The notes under the pieces: generated by a model
Told to the model about the DNA's origin: nothing
Seen by the model: the letters and a program-made list of their open reading frames with translations, nothing else
Database searches by the model: none
Shown here: positions 49,958 to 60,252 of the stretch, piece by piece
Layout: the number at the start of each line of letters is the position of its first letter
Position numbering within the stretch: position 1 is the stretch's first letter
Made by a program: the position numbers and the translations under genes
Origin: a bacterium
GTDB taxonomy: Bacteria; Zhuqueibacterota; Zhuqueibacteria; Residuimicrobiales; Krinioviventaceae
Reading direction: 5' to 3'
Length of the DNA stretch: 64,000 bases
NCBI GenBank assembly: GCA_963674595.2
Contig: CAXXFV010000023.1
Coordinates: forward strand, 192,001-256,000

Positions 49958-51427
49958 CTATTCTGATTCACGAATTCGTTGTTCGGTAAAGTATTTGTTA
50001 TAATTATATATCGATGTCGGCGCCCAGGGTGCGTTGATTTTGGGGAGATGTTTTTTTAAGCGCATTTTTGCTTCAGTATAGTCTTTCGAATCAGCCAAAT
50101 TATACCATTCATCATGGTCGTTACGATGGTCGTAAAGTTCTTCAGAACCGTCTTCATAATGAATATAACGGAAATGTTCATCACGAATACTGTGATTATT
50201 GCGACCATAGGTTGTTATTGCTGCGTTTTCCCAGGGAGCTGAGGAATTTTCGAGCAGTGGTTTCAGGCTGTGGCCCTGATTTTGTGGATTTGCTTTAAAA
50301 TTGCATAGATCCAATAATGTCGGGTAAAGATCGATACTCCCGACCGGTTTTTGGCAAACCTGTTTTTTGTTAAAATCCGGAGTCGAGATAATCAGCGCTG
50401 TTCGTGTGGCTTCTTCCCAAAGGGAATGTTTACCGAATCGGTTTTTTTCACCAATATGATATCCATGGTCCGACCACAGGACAATAATCGTGTTGTCGGC
50501 ATATTTACTGTTTTCCAGTGCTGTCAGCACCTCGCCTACATAATGGTCTACAAAGGAAATGCAAGCCAGATAAGCTTGAACAATATTTTTCCATTCACCC
50601 GTTTTAATGGCCCATTCTGTTGTCGGCATCATTGGCAGCTCTGCTACCTTTTTTCCTATTTCCGGTATATCATCGTAATCGTTTGGCAAATAGGGCGGCA
50701 TCTGCAATTGGTCTGCCGGGTGCATATCAAACCATTTTTGGGGTACATGCCAGGGCACATGAGGTCTTAAAAAACCGACACCCAGAAAGAAAGGTTTGTC
50801 ATGATCTTCAGCCAGTCTTTCTTTGGCCCATTGAGCGGAATGATAGTCCGGCATGTCTTCATCTTTTTCAGGAAATGCGCCCCAATCCGTGCTGGTGCCG
50901 CCGTAATCAGGACCGCTTTTTCCTTCCCATTTCATCCGTTTTTCAGGTACAGGACCAAAACCGGGAACGCGTCCACCGGAAACATCAAAGACACCTTTCG
51001 GTGCATGTCTGTGAAACAGTTTACCGATTCCCATGGTTTTATATCCGTTTTGTTTAAAATATTCCGGCAAAAAAGTACAGGTTTGGGTGGCCGTATTGGA
51101 TTTTCGAATATCTTCATCCTCAATCTGACCGTAAATTCCTGTGGTAGAGGGATACAGCCCGCTCATAAGGCTGGCACGGGACGGACCGCAAAGCGGCGCC
51201 TGGCAATGAGCATTTGTAAAAACTGTTCCCCGGGCAGCCAGTTTATCAATGTTTGGCGTTTTTGTATTGGGGTGACCGGCCATACAACCGATCCAGTCAT
51301 TTAAATCATCGACAGCAATGAATAAAACGTTGGGCTGTTTTTTTGCGGTAAATTGTTTGCAGGAGGGTAAAAGCATTGCTCCGGCTGTTCCGGTAACGGC
51401 ATATTCCAGGAATTTTCTTCTCTTCAT
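49958..51427 (-). CDS. Sulfatase (iduronate-2-sulfatase/choline-sulfatase-like), Tat lipoprotein
   Basis: MKRRKFL...LPSC; PNVLFIAVDDL; CGPSR; GKLFH; RPHVP; WSDHGYH.GEK. Confidence 0.93.
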   Translation of the reverse strand: MKRRKFLEYAVTGTAGAMLLPSCKQFTAKKQPNVLFIAVDDLNDWIGCMAGHPNTKTPNIDKLAARGTVFTNAHCQAPLCGPSRASLMSGLYPSTTGIYGQIEDEDIRKSNTATQTCTFLPEYFKQNGYKTMGIGKLFHRHAPKGVFDVSGGRVPGFGPVPEKRMKWEGKSGPDYGGTSTDWGAFPEKDEDMPDYHSAQWAKERLAEDHDKPFFLGVGFLRPHVPWHVPQKWFDMHPADQLQMPPYLPNDYDDIPEIGKKVAELPMMPTTEWAIKTGEWKNIVQAYLACISFVDHYVGEVLTALENSKYADNTIIVLWSDHGYHIGEKNRFGKHSLWEEATRTALIISTPDFNKKQVCQKPVGSIDLYPTLLDLCNFKANPQNQGHSLKPLLENSSAPWENAAITTYGRNNHSIRDEHFRYIHYEDGSEELYDHRNDHDEWYNLADSKDYTEAKMRLKKHLPKINAPWAPTSIYNYNKYFTEQRIRESE

Positions 51428-51465
51428 GTGTCAGTAACTCCTAACTAATTTTATTTTAAAAAATA

Positions 51466-51876
51466 TCAAGATTTTCCAAGTTTGATCGTACAACTATTAT
51501 TTCCAATTTTTGTGCTTTTATAAAAGATATCAAGACTATAGTTAAATGTTTTTCCCTCTTTGTCGCAGCTTGCTTTAATAAAAGTGTCCAGGTGGGCCCA
51601 GTCATGGGAAGTCCCAGCCGTGTTTTCCATCCCTTTAATCAGGACCAATTCAGGACCGGAAATTTCTTCACCTGTTTCAAAGTTTTTTAGTTTTACGGTA
51701 CATTTATAAGTGCCCAGCAATTCAGGGTCTGTGTGTGGTTCAATCGTAATTGTTGATGAATAGTGAGGCGCATTTTTTATATTTAAAGGTTCCTGAGATT
51801 TTGTAAGATCGGTCGTATATAGTACCAGAATTGATACTAAAAGAACAGCTAATAATATACTTTTCTTCATGATCAA
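51466..51876 (-). CDS. Small exported hypothetical protein
   Basis: Signal-like N-terminus, GAGG RBS. Confidence 0.55.
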   Translation of the reverse strand: MIMKKSILLAVLLVSILVLYTTDLTKSQEPLNIKNAPHYSSTITIEPHTDPELLGTYKCTVKLKNFETGEEISGPELVLIKGMENTAGTSHDWAHLDTFIKASCDKEGKTFNYSLDIFYKSTKIGNNSCTIKLGKS

Positions 51877-51958
51877 CCTCTCTTATTTTAGATTATTTAT
51901 AAACAGGACAAAGATGATAATGTTTTGGTACGATTCCTCCTGCGATTATAATCCACAT

Positions 51959-53046
51959 TTACCTGTAAGCCGCCTTGTTAATATCGTTTAACGAATTAAT
52001 GGGCCTTGGCGGATTCAGGTATCCTCCTATATATTTATAAATTTTCACCCGAATTTGTTTTGCCGTCTTTGTATCCATTCTGTCAAAAGAATGTCCACCC
52101 GGTATGTCCTGATATATTTCATATTCAAACTGCTTTCCTTCAGCCTTTAATGACTTTACCAGGTGTTCAACTTCCAGAACATTTACATCTTCGTCATTGG
52201 TATTTGTATGAATTAATAAAGGCGTATTAAGTTTGTGTGCGTTCCATGCCGGTGATCTTTTTCGATATTCTTGAACATTTTTATGGGCTGTTTTTCCGAT
52301 ATGATAGTCGGCTGAATAAAGGTCACGGTATTCATCATCATAATATCCCATACGGGAAATAAGATCACTCACCGGCACGCCGGCAAAGGCTACTTTATAA
52401 TCCTGCGGATGTTCAAAGATATTAAATAACGTAATGAGCCCTCCGTGACTCCATCCGATGATGCCGACACGATCTTTATCAACAAATTCATAATTTTCGA
52501 TCATATAATCCCGGCTTGATTTTACGTCCTCAACCTCTAATCCGCCGTAATCAATTTTTTTATAATGAGATTTGCCATAGCCGGTGCTGCCCCTGTATTC
52601 TGCAGCCACAACAATATATTGTTGGGCCATCAGCTCTTTAATAATATGTGTATAATAGGTTGAAAAAATTACCATGAACGCCGCCGTGCGGAAAGACGAT
52701 AAGCGGATATTTTTTGTTGAAATCAATGTCTTTGGGAAGAAATATATAGGACCAGAATTTTGTCGGATTTCCGGCTCCCCAAGGCTGTCGGATTTTTTTC
52801 TTCCTTTAAAGGGGGACCGGTCATATAGACTTTGTCTATAAAGGCCACACTGCCCACTCGTTGAAACCATATAATATCATCAATCGACTTTTCCAGTTCA
52901 TCCAAACGGTGTTTAAGGTTTTTATTGTCTTTTTGCAGGGAATTGACTTTATCCGCAATATCTTGCTGTGAATTTTGACTAAAGCCCGCTGATACTAAAA
53001 ATAAGAGTAATAACGATAGCGTTTCGATGAGCATAGATTTTTTCAT
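51959..53046 (-). CDS. S9-family (prolyl oligopeptidase-like) peptidase, interrupted by two frameshifts
   Basis: Removing one base each from the runs at 52777-80 and 52663-68 gives a continuous ORF with YPLIVFPHGG, YRGSTGYG, GWSHGG, DEDV, GHSF. Confidence 0.85.
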
Positions 53047-53363
53047 TATCGTTCACTTTCAAATTAAAAATTTTAACATGATGTGTTATTCATAATCTAT
53101 TTTTGCAATTCAGTTGTGCATACATTCAATCAACCCTATTCAAAGTATAAATACATTATCTTATTTAATCAAGCCCTGTTTTTTGTTTTATGTTATTTGG
53201 TAATGGGTAGAGTGGAGGGGGTAAAATTTTTAAAAAATATTTAATTGCCTACGAATTTCACCTGTACTGTTAGAACGACCTGATATTAGAAGAGAAAGGA
53301 CGTTAGAAAAATGGGTCAAATCTGATTTTCGTATATCCTGGCAGCATTGTTTCTTTTAGAACA

Positions 53364-54493
53364 TCAAAAGCTTTGAGAAATCCCCAGGGTTATAAATTGA
53401 CTTTTGTAGTCATAATAGGGATCGTTTGAGGAATTGGCAATATTTACCCAGGAAAGTGTGATTGAGATTGGCTGAAGTTTGTTGGCAATTCTAAAATTCT
53501 TTTTCAGGTTAATTCCATAAGAAAATTTATCATCTTCTCTTAAACGATTGTCAGGAAACGGAAGTCCTTCTAAATCCAGCGCAATTCTTTTATCATATTC
53601 TCTTTTTTGGAATTCGCTGTAAACCGACAACTGAACTATGCCGGGGAAATATTTTGTTAATTTCCCTGAAAATTCATAACTGTTATAGCCATAAACATCG
53701 TTAAAAATTTCATCGTCCGAATAGTAAACACCATCATAGGTGCCTAGATATCGAACAGAACTTGACAGGTTTTTTCTTGAAAGAAATTTTACATTTATAC
53801 CGGTGGTTGGTGTGATAGCCTGAGCGGCTTTGAGCATACTGACAATTTGCTGGCTCTTTGCCGGTTCCCAGTGTGACAATTTCCGGTAGTTCTTCTATTG
53901 TACTTGTGGTGTCGGAATTAAGATAGTTTTTTGACAGCAGATTAACTTCAGCAATGAGAGTTGTTCCGCTGTCAAAAAACTTGCTGAGACGGGTATAAAG
54001 ATTAATTTGGTGATGTGAAAATGCGTCTAAATAACTATAGTTGTTTAACAAAGCACTGAAGCCAATGTAAGCAAAGGTTTGTTCATTTATAATAAATTAT
54101 TGTTTATATAAAAATTGGTTTCTGTTAATTCAAACCATTGATAGTCCGGTGTGTGAAACCTTTTTCCAATATCAAAACCCACTTTTAAATGATGGTTAGA
54201 CTTGCTCCAATATTTATAAAATATTAATCCGCTTTCAACATTCTGGTAGTACGATTGTTGTATTTTTGAAAAATTCCCAAATCACCATTAACATAGAGGC
54301 GAACGCCATGTTTTTGATAAATCCAGTCGTTGTTAATATTGGCTTCAAGCCCGGTATAATAGTCCGGTAGAGAACGATAATTTGAAAAAGAGTTGTCCGT
54401 ATATCCACTTTGAGTTTGAACCGAGACACCAAGCTGTGCTTGGGATGTTGATAATAAAACCAGTATGAGTAAGGATAATATTTTTATTTTCAT
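53364..54493 (-). CDS. Outer-membrane beta-barrel protein, interrupted by about 3 frameshifts
   Basis: Signal peptide at 54493; alternating Tyr/aromatic strands; ends NSSNDPYYDY...LGISQSF; frame changes near 54250, 54097 and 53858. Confidence 0.65.
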
Positions 54494-54511
54494 TTTACAC
54501 CACCAAAAATT

Positions 54512-54547
54512 AAAAAATGGTGATGATTATTTAAAATCATCACCATT
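54512..54547 (-). terminator. Hairpin/terminator between the repeat-protein gene and the barrel gene
   Basis: AATGGTGATGATT-6nt-AATCATCACCATT, followed by a T-run on the minus strand. Confidence 0.7.
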
Positions 54548-54556
54548 CAGTTCTTT

Positions 54557-55208
54557 TTATTTATTCGTACCGTTTCCTGAGCTGCCGTTACCGCCATTGC
54601 CACCGTTACCGCCGTTTCCACCATTTCCATTGCCTGGGTTATTGCCGTTACCGGATGTAGAACCGCCTGATTTACCAAAACCTTTTCCCATCTTGGCGCC
54701 TCGTCCGAGACAATCTTGTGGTCTTACCCAGTCTGCGTCTTTACCATTTGGGATACCGTCGCCGTCATCATCCAGCATTCGGTCGTTTATTCCGTCGCCG
54801 TCTTCATCAACAAATCCGGCAAAACGTCTTCCTTTACCAAAACCTTTGCCTGCTACTGCTCCGGTTCCATCCTGAGGTTTTACATAGTCCGGGTCCTGGC
54901 CGTTCGGGATACCGTCACCATCATCGTCCGGGGCATTGTCGTTAATGCCGTCACCATTTTCATCAACAAAAGCGAGCCCTTTGCCTTTTCCGGCGCCTGT
55001 TTTAACATAATCCGGGTCCTGGCCATTTGGAATGCCGTCACCGTCATCGTCTTTTGCATTATCGTTATAACCGTCACCGTTTACGTCTACAAATTTTTTG
55101 CCGTGTTCTACGGGTTTTTGGTTTTGTTGTTTGGGCAAATGTTTGTGGAATGGTTATGAAAAAGACAAAAAGTGTCATTATTGCTAAAAGTGTTGTCAAG
55201 CGTTTCAT
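54557..55208 (-). CDS. Secreted Asp-rich Ca-binding repeat protein (3x FVDxxGDGxND..DDDGDGIPNGxDxD) with Gly/Asn tail; one frameshift near 55131
   Basis: AGGAG RBS, ATG 55208, signal peptide MKRLTTLLAIMTLFVFFITIPQTFA; joins the 54557..55138 ORF if one A is removed. Confidence 0.75.
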
Positions 55209-55260
55209 TTTCATACTCCTTTTAATTTGGTTGTTATGTTTTTATTTCACTTCTACCTAA

Positions 55261-55276
55261 AGCAACAGGTGTGCCA
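55261..55276 (-). promoter_or_regulatory. Consensus sigma54 promoter
   Basis: Minus strand TGGCACACCTGTTGCT. Confidence 0.85.
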
Positions 55277-55372
55277 AAAATATTTTCGCATGATTTTTTG
55301 TGCAAAAGATTATTAAAAATAATATTTTATGTTGATTTTATCTGGATTGTTAAAATTGGCAGGTTCATTAAA

Positions 55373-55415
55373 AATTCGACCAATTCGTCGAAAGAATCGG
55401 CGATTTGGTCGAATT
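55373..55415. promoter_or_regulatory. Long inverted repeat; candidate enhancer (UAS) for a sigma54 activator
   Basis: AATTCGACCAAtTCGTCGA-AAGAA-TCGGCGAtTTGGTCGAATT, about 100-140 bp upstream of the -24 element. Confidence 0.45.
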
Positions 55416-55490
55416 GTGTGGTTTTTACCGACTAGAATTTCAAGATAATTGTGGAGGAAAATTTTTAAAAAACCCCTAAAAGGAGGGATT

Positions 55491-57952
55491 TTAAAATCCC
55501 TCTTCCATTTCTTCCTCCGTTTCCATTTCCGTTTGATTCACCGTTTTCTTCGCGGTTTCGTTCACGGCGGTAATTGTTGAAATTATATGTTAATGTCATC
55601 GTTACCATCGGAGATTTGCGTTCATGTTCACTGGAACTGTAAAATCCAGGACCTTCATAAATATGTTCATGTTTTGAACTGCTGAAAATGTCACGAATTT
55701 GCAATGTTGCAGAAAGTTTGTTTTTTATAAATTCCTGCTTTACACCGGCATTTGCCATAAAGAAACCCTCTCGGCGTCCCTGAGAAGAGACTGTCGGGCT
55801 GTTATACATACCGTTAATTTGGATTCGGGTTGATGTTCCCAGTTTAAATGTATTGTTCAACCGGGCACTCCAGTTATTACTTTTTCTTGAAAAATCGCTG
55901 TCATATAAAACACCTTCCACACGATAGCGGTAAACGTCTCCCATAAGGTTCAGGTTCCACCATTTTATTAAATCGTGGTTTACCATCATTTCTACACCCA
56001 ATGTATAATCTTTACCGACATTTTCAATGCTGTGAAGAAAAATATTGGTTTCATAAATGGAACGTACCCGTTCCACTTTATTGTTTGTGATCCGATAATA
56101 GGACTCGATAGAAAAGATACTCTTATTGATCTGTTTTTGATAACCCCATTCAAAAGAGTCGATATATTCCGGTTTTAATCCGGGATTTCCCTGTCTTACA
56201 TTATAAGCGTCGGTCCAGGTCAGGAACGGCTCCAGGTAATAACCACGCGGTCTTTCGATTCTGCGTTGTATAGCTGACCATTGTTTGGTTGCCTTTAGAA
56301 AACTCGTAGGAAAAATGGACAGTTGGGAAAAGGTCCCATCTGTCTATTTTAAATTCCTGTGCTTCACCGACAAGTTCAATGGTCCGGTAGGTGTATTCAC
56401 CACGCAAACCACCCTGGAAACCCAGAGGACCGGTTTCTCCGGAATAGATGGTATAGATAGAATGAATTTTTCTGTTGTATTGAATGGAATGACTGAATTG
56501 TGGTTGTAAAACATATATGCCGGTTACCGGTTCATAATCAGACATGGTTGTTCCGTCTTCAGATTCGCTTATACGGCTTTGGAATCCGGCTTCAAATTTG
56601 TCATTTTCCCGGAGCGGCAACGTATAATCCATTTTAACACGAATATTGTCGCCAGGACCATTTTCTGTGGAAAGCTGACCGCTGGTAATAGTATTGCCCT
56701 GTAACAATTGGTTGGTCGCTTCTTCGTCACCTTCCCGATGACTGGATTGGATTGCTGCGGAAATTTCGTGCCCTTTTTTGGCAAACTTGTGTTGGTAATC
56801 CATATTCAGGGAATAATAATCACCGTCACGTTTCCAAATACTTGAACTTGTATATAGATTGTGCAGGAATCCCGGTATTGTCCATTCGTCGTAATCCTGT
56901 GATCTGTTGTTGTTCATTGAACGGTAACCATATCTAAAACCGAAACGAATCAGGTCGTTTTTACTCGGATACAGGTCCAATCCGCCTCTAATTCCATAGG
57001 ATTCCATTTTGCGTTTAGAGTCGCCGCTTGAGTAAATATAGGATGTCGTATCATCAGAAAATGTTCTGTTTTCACTTTTTGATGTGCCGGGAAAATTTCT
57101 GGAATTATAATTGGCGCTGACATAGGCTGTAAATTTTTCCTGTCTGAAATTTATTAAAAAATCTCCGCCGTATTTTTCATCCAATCCGGCATTAAGATTT
57201 ACCATGCCGCTTTGTCCGTTTAGGCTTTTCTTTTTGGTTATAATATTAATGATGCCCGAGGTCCCATCCGGGTCGTATTTTGCCGAGGGATTTGTGATGA
57301 TTTCTATATTTTCAATACTGCTGGCCGGTATCTGCTGCAAGGCTTCATTCGCATCCAAAACAGAAGGTCTGTTGTCGATAAGTACCATAAAACTGCTGCT
57401 GCCCCGAAGGGAAACGTTTCCATCAATGTCAACGCGCACAGAAGGTACATTCTCCAGCACTTCTACAGCCGAACCGGACAGTGAGGTAAACTGTTTGCTG
57501 ACATTAATGACTTTTTTATCAATTTTATATTCAATCGGCGCTTCCTCCGCTTCAACCTGAACACCTTCCAGCATTAAAATGGCCTGTTCAAGTTCTATCT
57601 TTCCCAGGTCTATTTGTTCCTGACCGGGTTTTACGCGAATATCTTCACGGTTGTATTGGTGATAGCCCATAAATTTTACCTGAAGTGTATAAACACCGGG
57701 TTTTACTCCTTTTAATACAAACAGGCCTTCCTTGTCTGAAGTGGTACCTGAAAACTGTTTTTGTGTTTTTTGTTGTATAAGAATTATGTTGGCATATTCT
57801 ATTGTAGCATCGATTGCGGGATCCACAACCTTTCCTGTTATGGTTGCACCACCCATATTTCTCTGATAATTACCTCGCTGTGGTTGTGCCGGTTGTATTG
57901 CATAGCATGTCACCGCTACCATGAGAATAATACTGCTGATTATTTTTTTCAT
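55491..57952 (-). CDS. TonB-dependent receptor / outer-membrane beta-barrel (carboxypeptidase-regulatory N-domain + plug), with frameshifts
   Basis: GSAVEVLENVPSV, IENIEIITNPSAKYDPDGTSGIINI plug; removing one A near 56266 restores YTRRIERP...GNPGLKPE; a probable second shift near the 3' end gives ...EEMEEGF*. Confidence 0.85.
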
Positions 57953-57973
57953 TCTGGTTCTCCGTATATCTGA

Positions 57974-58028
57974 ATTTTGCATAATATACATGTTGATTCT
58001 GTAGAAATTTTATGTGAATTTTGTAGAG
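57974..58028. promoter_or_regulatory. 11-bp-period direct repeats; putative OmpR-family regulator site
   Basis: ATTCTGTAGAA/ATTTTATGTGA/ATTTTGTAGAG in tandem, plus an in-phase ATTTTGCATAA at 57974. Confidence 0.55.
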
Positions 58029-58181
58029 AGATTGTATTTTTTTGTTTGGAAAGAATACAAGCATTCACCTGCAAAAATAGATTTGTTAAGCAAAAGAAAA
58101 GCTATTATAAGCCAAACAAAATCAATGTTTATTTGTTTTGGGACTTTCCGGGTTATACAGGATAGATTTGTTGGGAAGAAA

Positions 58182-59462
58182 TCATGACTCTTTAAGGTTT
58201 ATCAATTGAAAAATATGTTGTTGATTTTCATATTGATAATTAATATCAATGTCGTTCAAATCACATATTTTTTTTACAAGAGCAAGTCCTAATCCCAGGG
58301 AAGCTTTTTTACTGTCTTGCCGGTAAAATCGTTGAAAAATATGTTCAGGCGTTTTTTTCAGCGGTTCACCATAATTGGATATCAATAGCAATTGATTATT
58401 GGTTTCAATGGTTATTGGTTTTTCTGCTGTACCATAACTTATGGCGTTTCGTAACATGTTTTTCAATATAATATCAAATAAAAATGGATCCATCCAGATA
58501 ATATGGCCGGCATCCAGTTTTGTATTTATCGTTATAGATTTGAGACCTGCAAGTTCCCGGATAGATTCTATATGTTTTTCAATAACAGGTTTTGTTTGAA
58601 TGATGGCGGTATTATTGTATTCCTTGTTTTCAATTTTGGTTAACAGGTTTAGGGTTTTTCCAAGTTTGGATAAATGATTGATTTCATCATAAATAATTTT
58701 AATGGTTTCCGCCTGATTTTTCATAACGTTATCGTCAGCAATCAGGTTTTCTATTTTATTTCGAACTATGGTCAGCGGGGTTTGCATTTCGTGGGCCATG
58801 TTTTCCGTATATTCTTTTAAATTTTGGTAATCATTTTCGATACGGTCAATCATTTGATGATAAAGGTCCTGCATTTTTTTAAATTCTGATGTTGATGTGT
58901 TTATTTTAGAGATTGAGGACCTTTGGCCAACATGATATATACTCATTTGGTGCAGGATTCTGTTAAAAGGCCTGAAAAATAAACCGGATGATAAAAAATT
59001 AAAAAGTACGATGCCGATAGAAAGCAGGATAAAGGCAGGTATGAGAGCGCCAAAAATATTATTTTTTAATTTCAAATAGTCATCAATGTCAAGCATGATG
59101 GAAACTTTGTAATAACCCGGTTTTGCTTTTATTTTAGTTGTTTTGATACGATTTGTTTTAAAAACATCCAGGTCTTCGTTGTATATCAATGTATCCTGAT
59201 AGGATGGTTTTATGCTTTTAGCCAATGTGGAATCTAGCTCTGTAATTGAAATGAAATGCGGTACTGATTTTATATCTCGGCCGTGATTTATTTTATATTC
59301 AATTTTTTTTTCATGAAACCAATAGCGGTGGTTGAGCTCTCCGTTTATAAATTTATTGGCCTCGTTTGTCAGTAACATAGCGCTGCTGAAAAAGGCAACA
59401 AAGGTAAACAATAGATAGATAAGAGTAGATTTGGTTAATAGTTTTAATGATTTTTTTTTCAT
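58182..59462 (-). CDS. Sensor histidine kinase
   Basis: 2 TM segments; ENMAHEMQTPL H-box; NMLRNAI; IFQRFYR; GLGLALV. Confidence 0.93.
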   Translation of the reverse strand: MKKKSLKLLTKSTLIYLLFTFVAFFSSAMLLTNEANKFINGELNHRYWFHEKKIEYKINHGRDIKSVPHFISITELDSTLAKSIKPSYQDTLIYNEDLDVFKTNRIKTTKIKAKPGYYKVSIMLDIDDYLKLKNNIFGALIPAFILLSIGIVLFNFLSSGLFFRPFNRILHQMSIYHVGQRSSISKINTSTSEFKKMQDLYHQMIDRIENDYQNLKEYTENMAHEMQTPLTIVRNKIENLIADDNVMKNQAETIKIIYDEINHLSKLGKTLNLLTKIENKEYNNTAIIQTKPVIEKHIESIRELAGLKSITINTKLDAGHIIWMDPFLFDIILKNMLRNAISYGTAEKPITIETNNQLLLISNYGEPLKKTPEHIFQRFYRQDSKKASLGLGLALVKKICDLNDIDINYQYENQQHIFQLINLKES

Positions 59463-59464
59463 AA

Positions 59465-60142
59465 TTAATGGTCCGAAAATTTATATCCCATACCATACAT
59501 GGCCCGAATATAGTTTTTCCCTCCGGCCTGCAGGATTTTTTTTCTCAGATTTTTTATGTGGTTATATAAAAAGTCATAACTATCTGCTTCATCAATGTGG
59601 TCGCCCCAAAGGTGTTCGGCAATACTTTCTTTCGTCAGCACCCGGTTGGGATTATACATAAAATAAACCAGCAGATCATATTCTTTTTTTGTGAGGTTTA
59701 ATTCTATTTCGTTTATATAAGCTATAGAGGCTAGTGTATCCACTTTTAAATTATCTATTTTTAAGAATTGACTGCGGTTAAATTTATTTCTGCGTAATAT
59801 AGAGCGAATGCGGGCATGAAGTTCGGTTTTGTGGAAGGGTTTTGTTATATAATCATCAGCCCCCAGATCAAGCCCAAGTACTTTATCTTCCAGGGCATTT
59901 TTAGCGGTGACGATTAAAATGCCCGAATCAAGTTCTTGTTTTTTAATTTCACGAACCAGGTCAAGCCCGTTACCGTCCGGCAAACCAATGTCAACAATGA
60001 TAAGATCATATTGATAATCATTTACTTTTCTACTGGCTTCATCCAACGTTGCCGCAAGTTCGACAATGAATCCGTTTTCTTTTAAAAATTGCTGCATGTC
60101 GGCAGCCAGTGTAATATTGTCTTCTAAAATCAAGATTTTCAT
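59465..60142 (-). CDS. OmpR-family response regulator
   Basis: MKILILED, DIGLPDGNG, GADDYITKPF, wHTH ...GMGYKF; ATG 60142 after GAGG. Confidence 0.95.
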   Translation of the reverse strand: MKILILEDNITLAADMQQFLKENGFIVELAATLDEASRKVNDYQYDLIIVDIGLPDGNGLDLVREIKKQELDSGILIVTAKNALEDKVLGLDLGADDYITKPFHKTELHARIRSILRRNKFNRSQFLKIDNLKVDTLASIAYINEIELNLTKKEYDLLVYFMYNPNRVLTKESIAEHLWGDHIDEADSYDFLYNHIKNLRKKILQAGGKNYIRAMYGMGYKFSDH

Positions 60143-60172
60143 GGTGCCTCTTTTTTTATAAAATACAAAATA

Positions 60173-60190
60173 ATTTTGTAGAAATTCTAT
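60173..60190. promoter_or_regulatory. Same direct-repeat motif upstream of the response regulator
   Basis: ATTTTGTAGAA-ATTCTAT. Confidence 0.5.
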
Positions 60191-60212
60191 ATTTTTATGC
60201 CTCCTTTTAAAC

Positions 60213-60247
60213 AAAAAAGCCTCCTGTAAATATTTTAACAGGAGGCT
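60213..60247 (-). terminator. Intrinsic terminator after deaD
   Basis: AGCCTCCTGT...ACAGGAGGCT stem followed by a T-run on the minus strand. Confidence 0.8.
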
Positions 60248-60252
60248 GTATA

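Noticed and set aside
52660-52780. Programmed ribosomal frameshifting in the S9 peptidase
   Set aside because: Two shifts would be needed, and neighbouring genes show the same scattered indels, so sequencing error is simpler
54465-54875. Pro-rich + strand ORF (PLPPLPPLPPFPP)
   Set aside because: Antisense shadow of the GGN/AAC Gly-Asn tail of the minus-strand repeat protein; no RBS
49872-55363. Identical 13-mer TAAAATTGGCAGG next to hairpins at 49872 and 55351
   Set aside because: One such match is roughly what chance gives in AT-rich intergenic DNA, and the adjacent hairpins are unrelated in sequence
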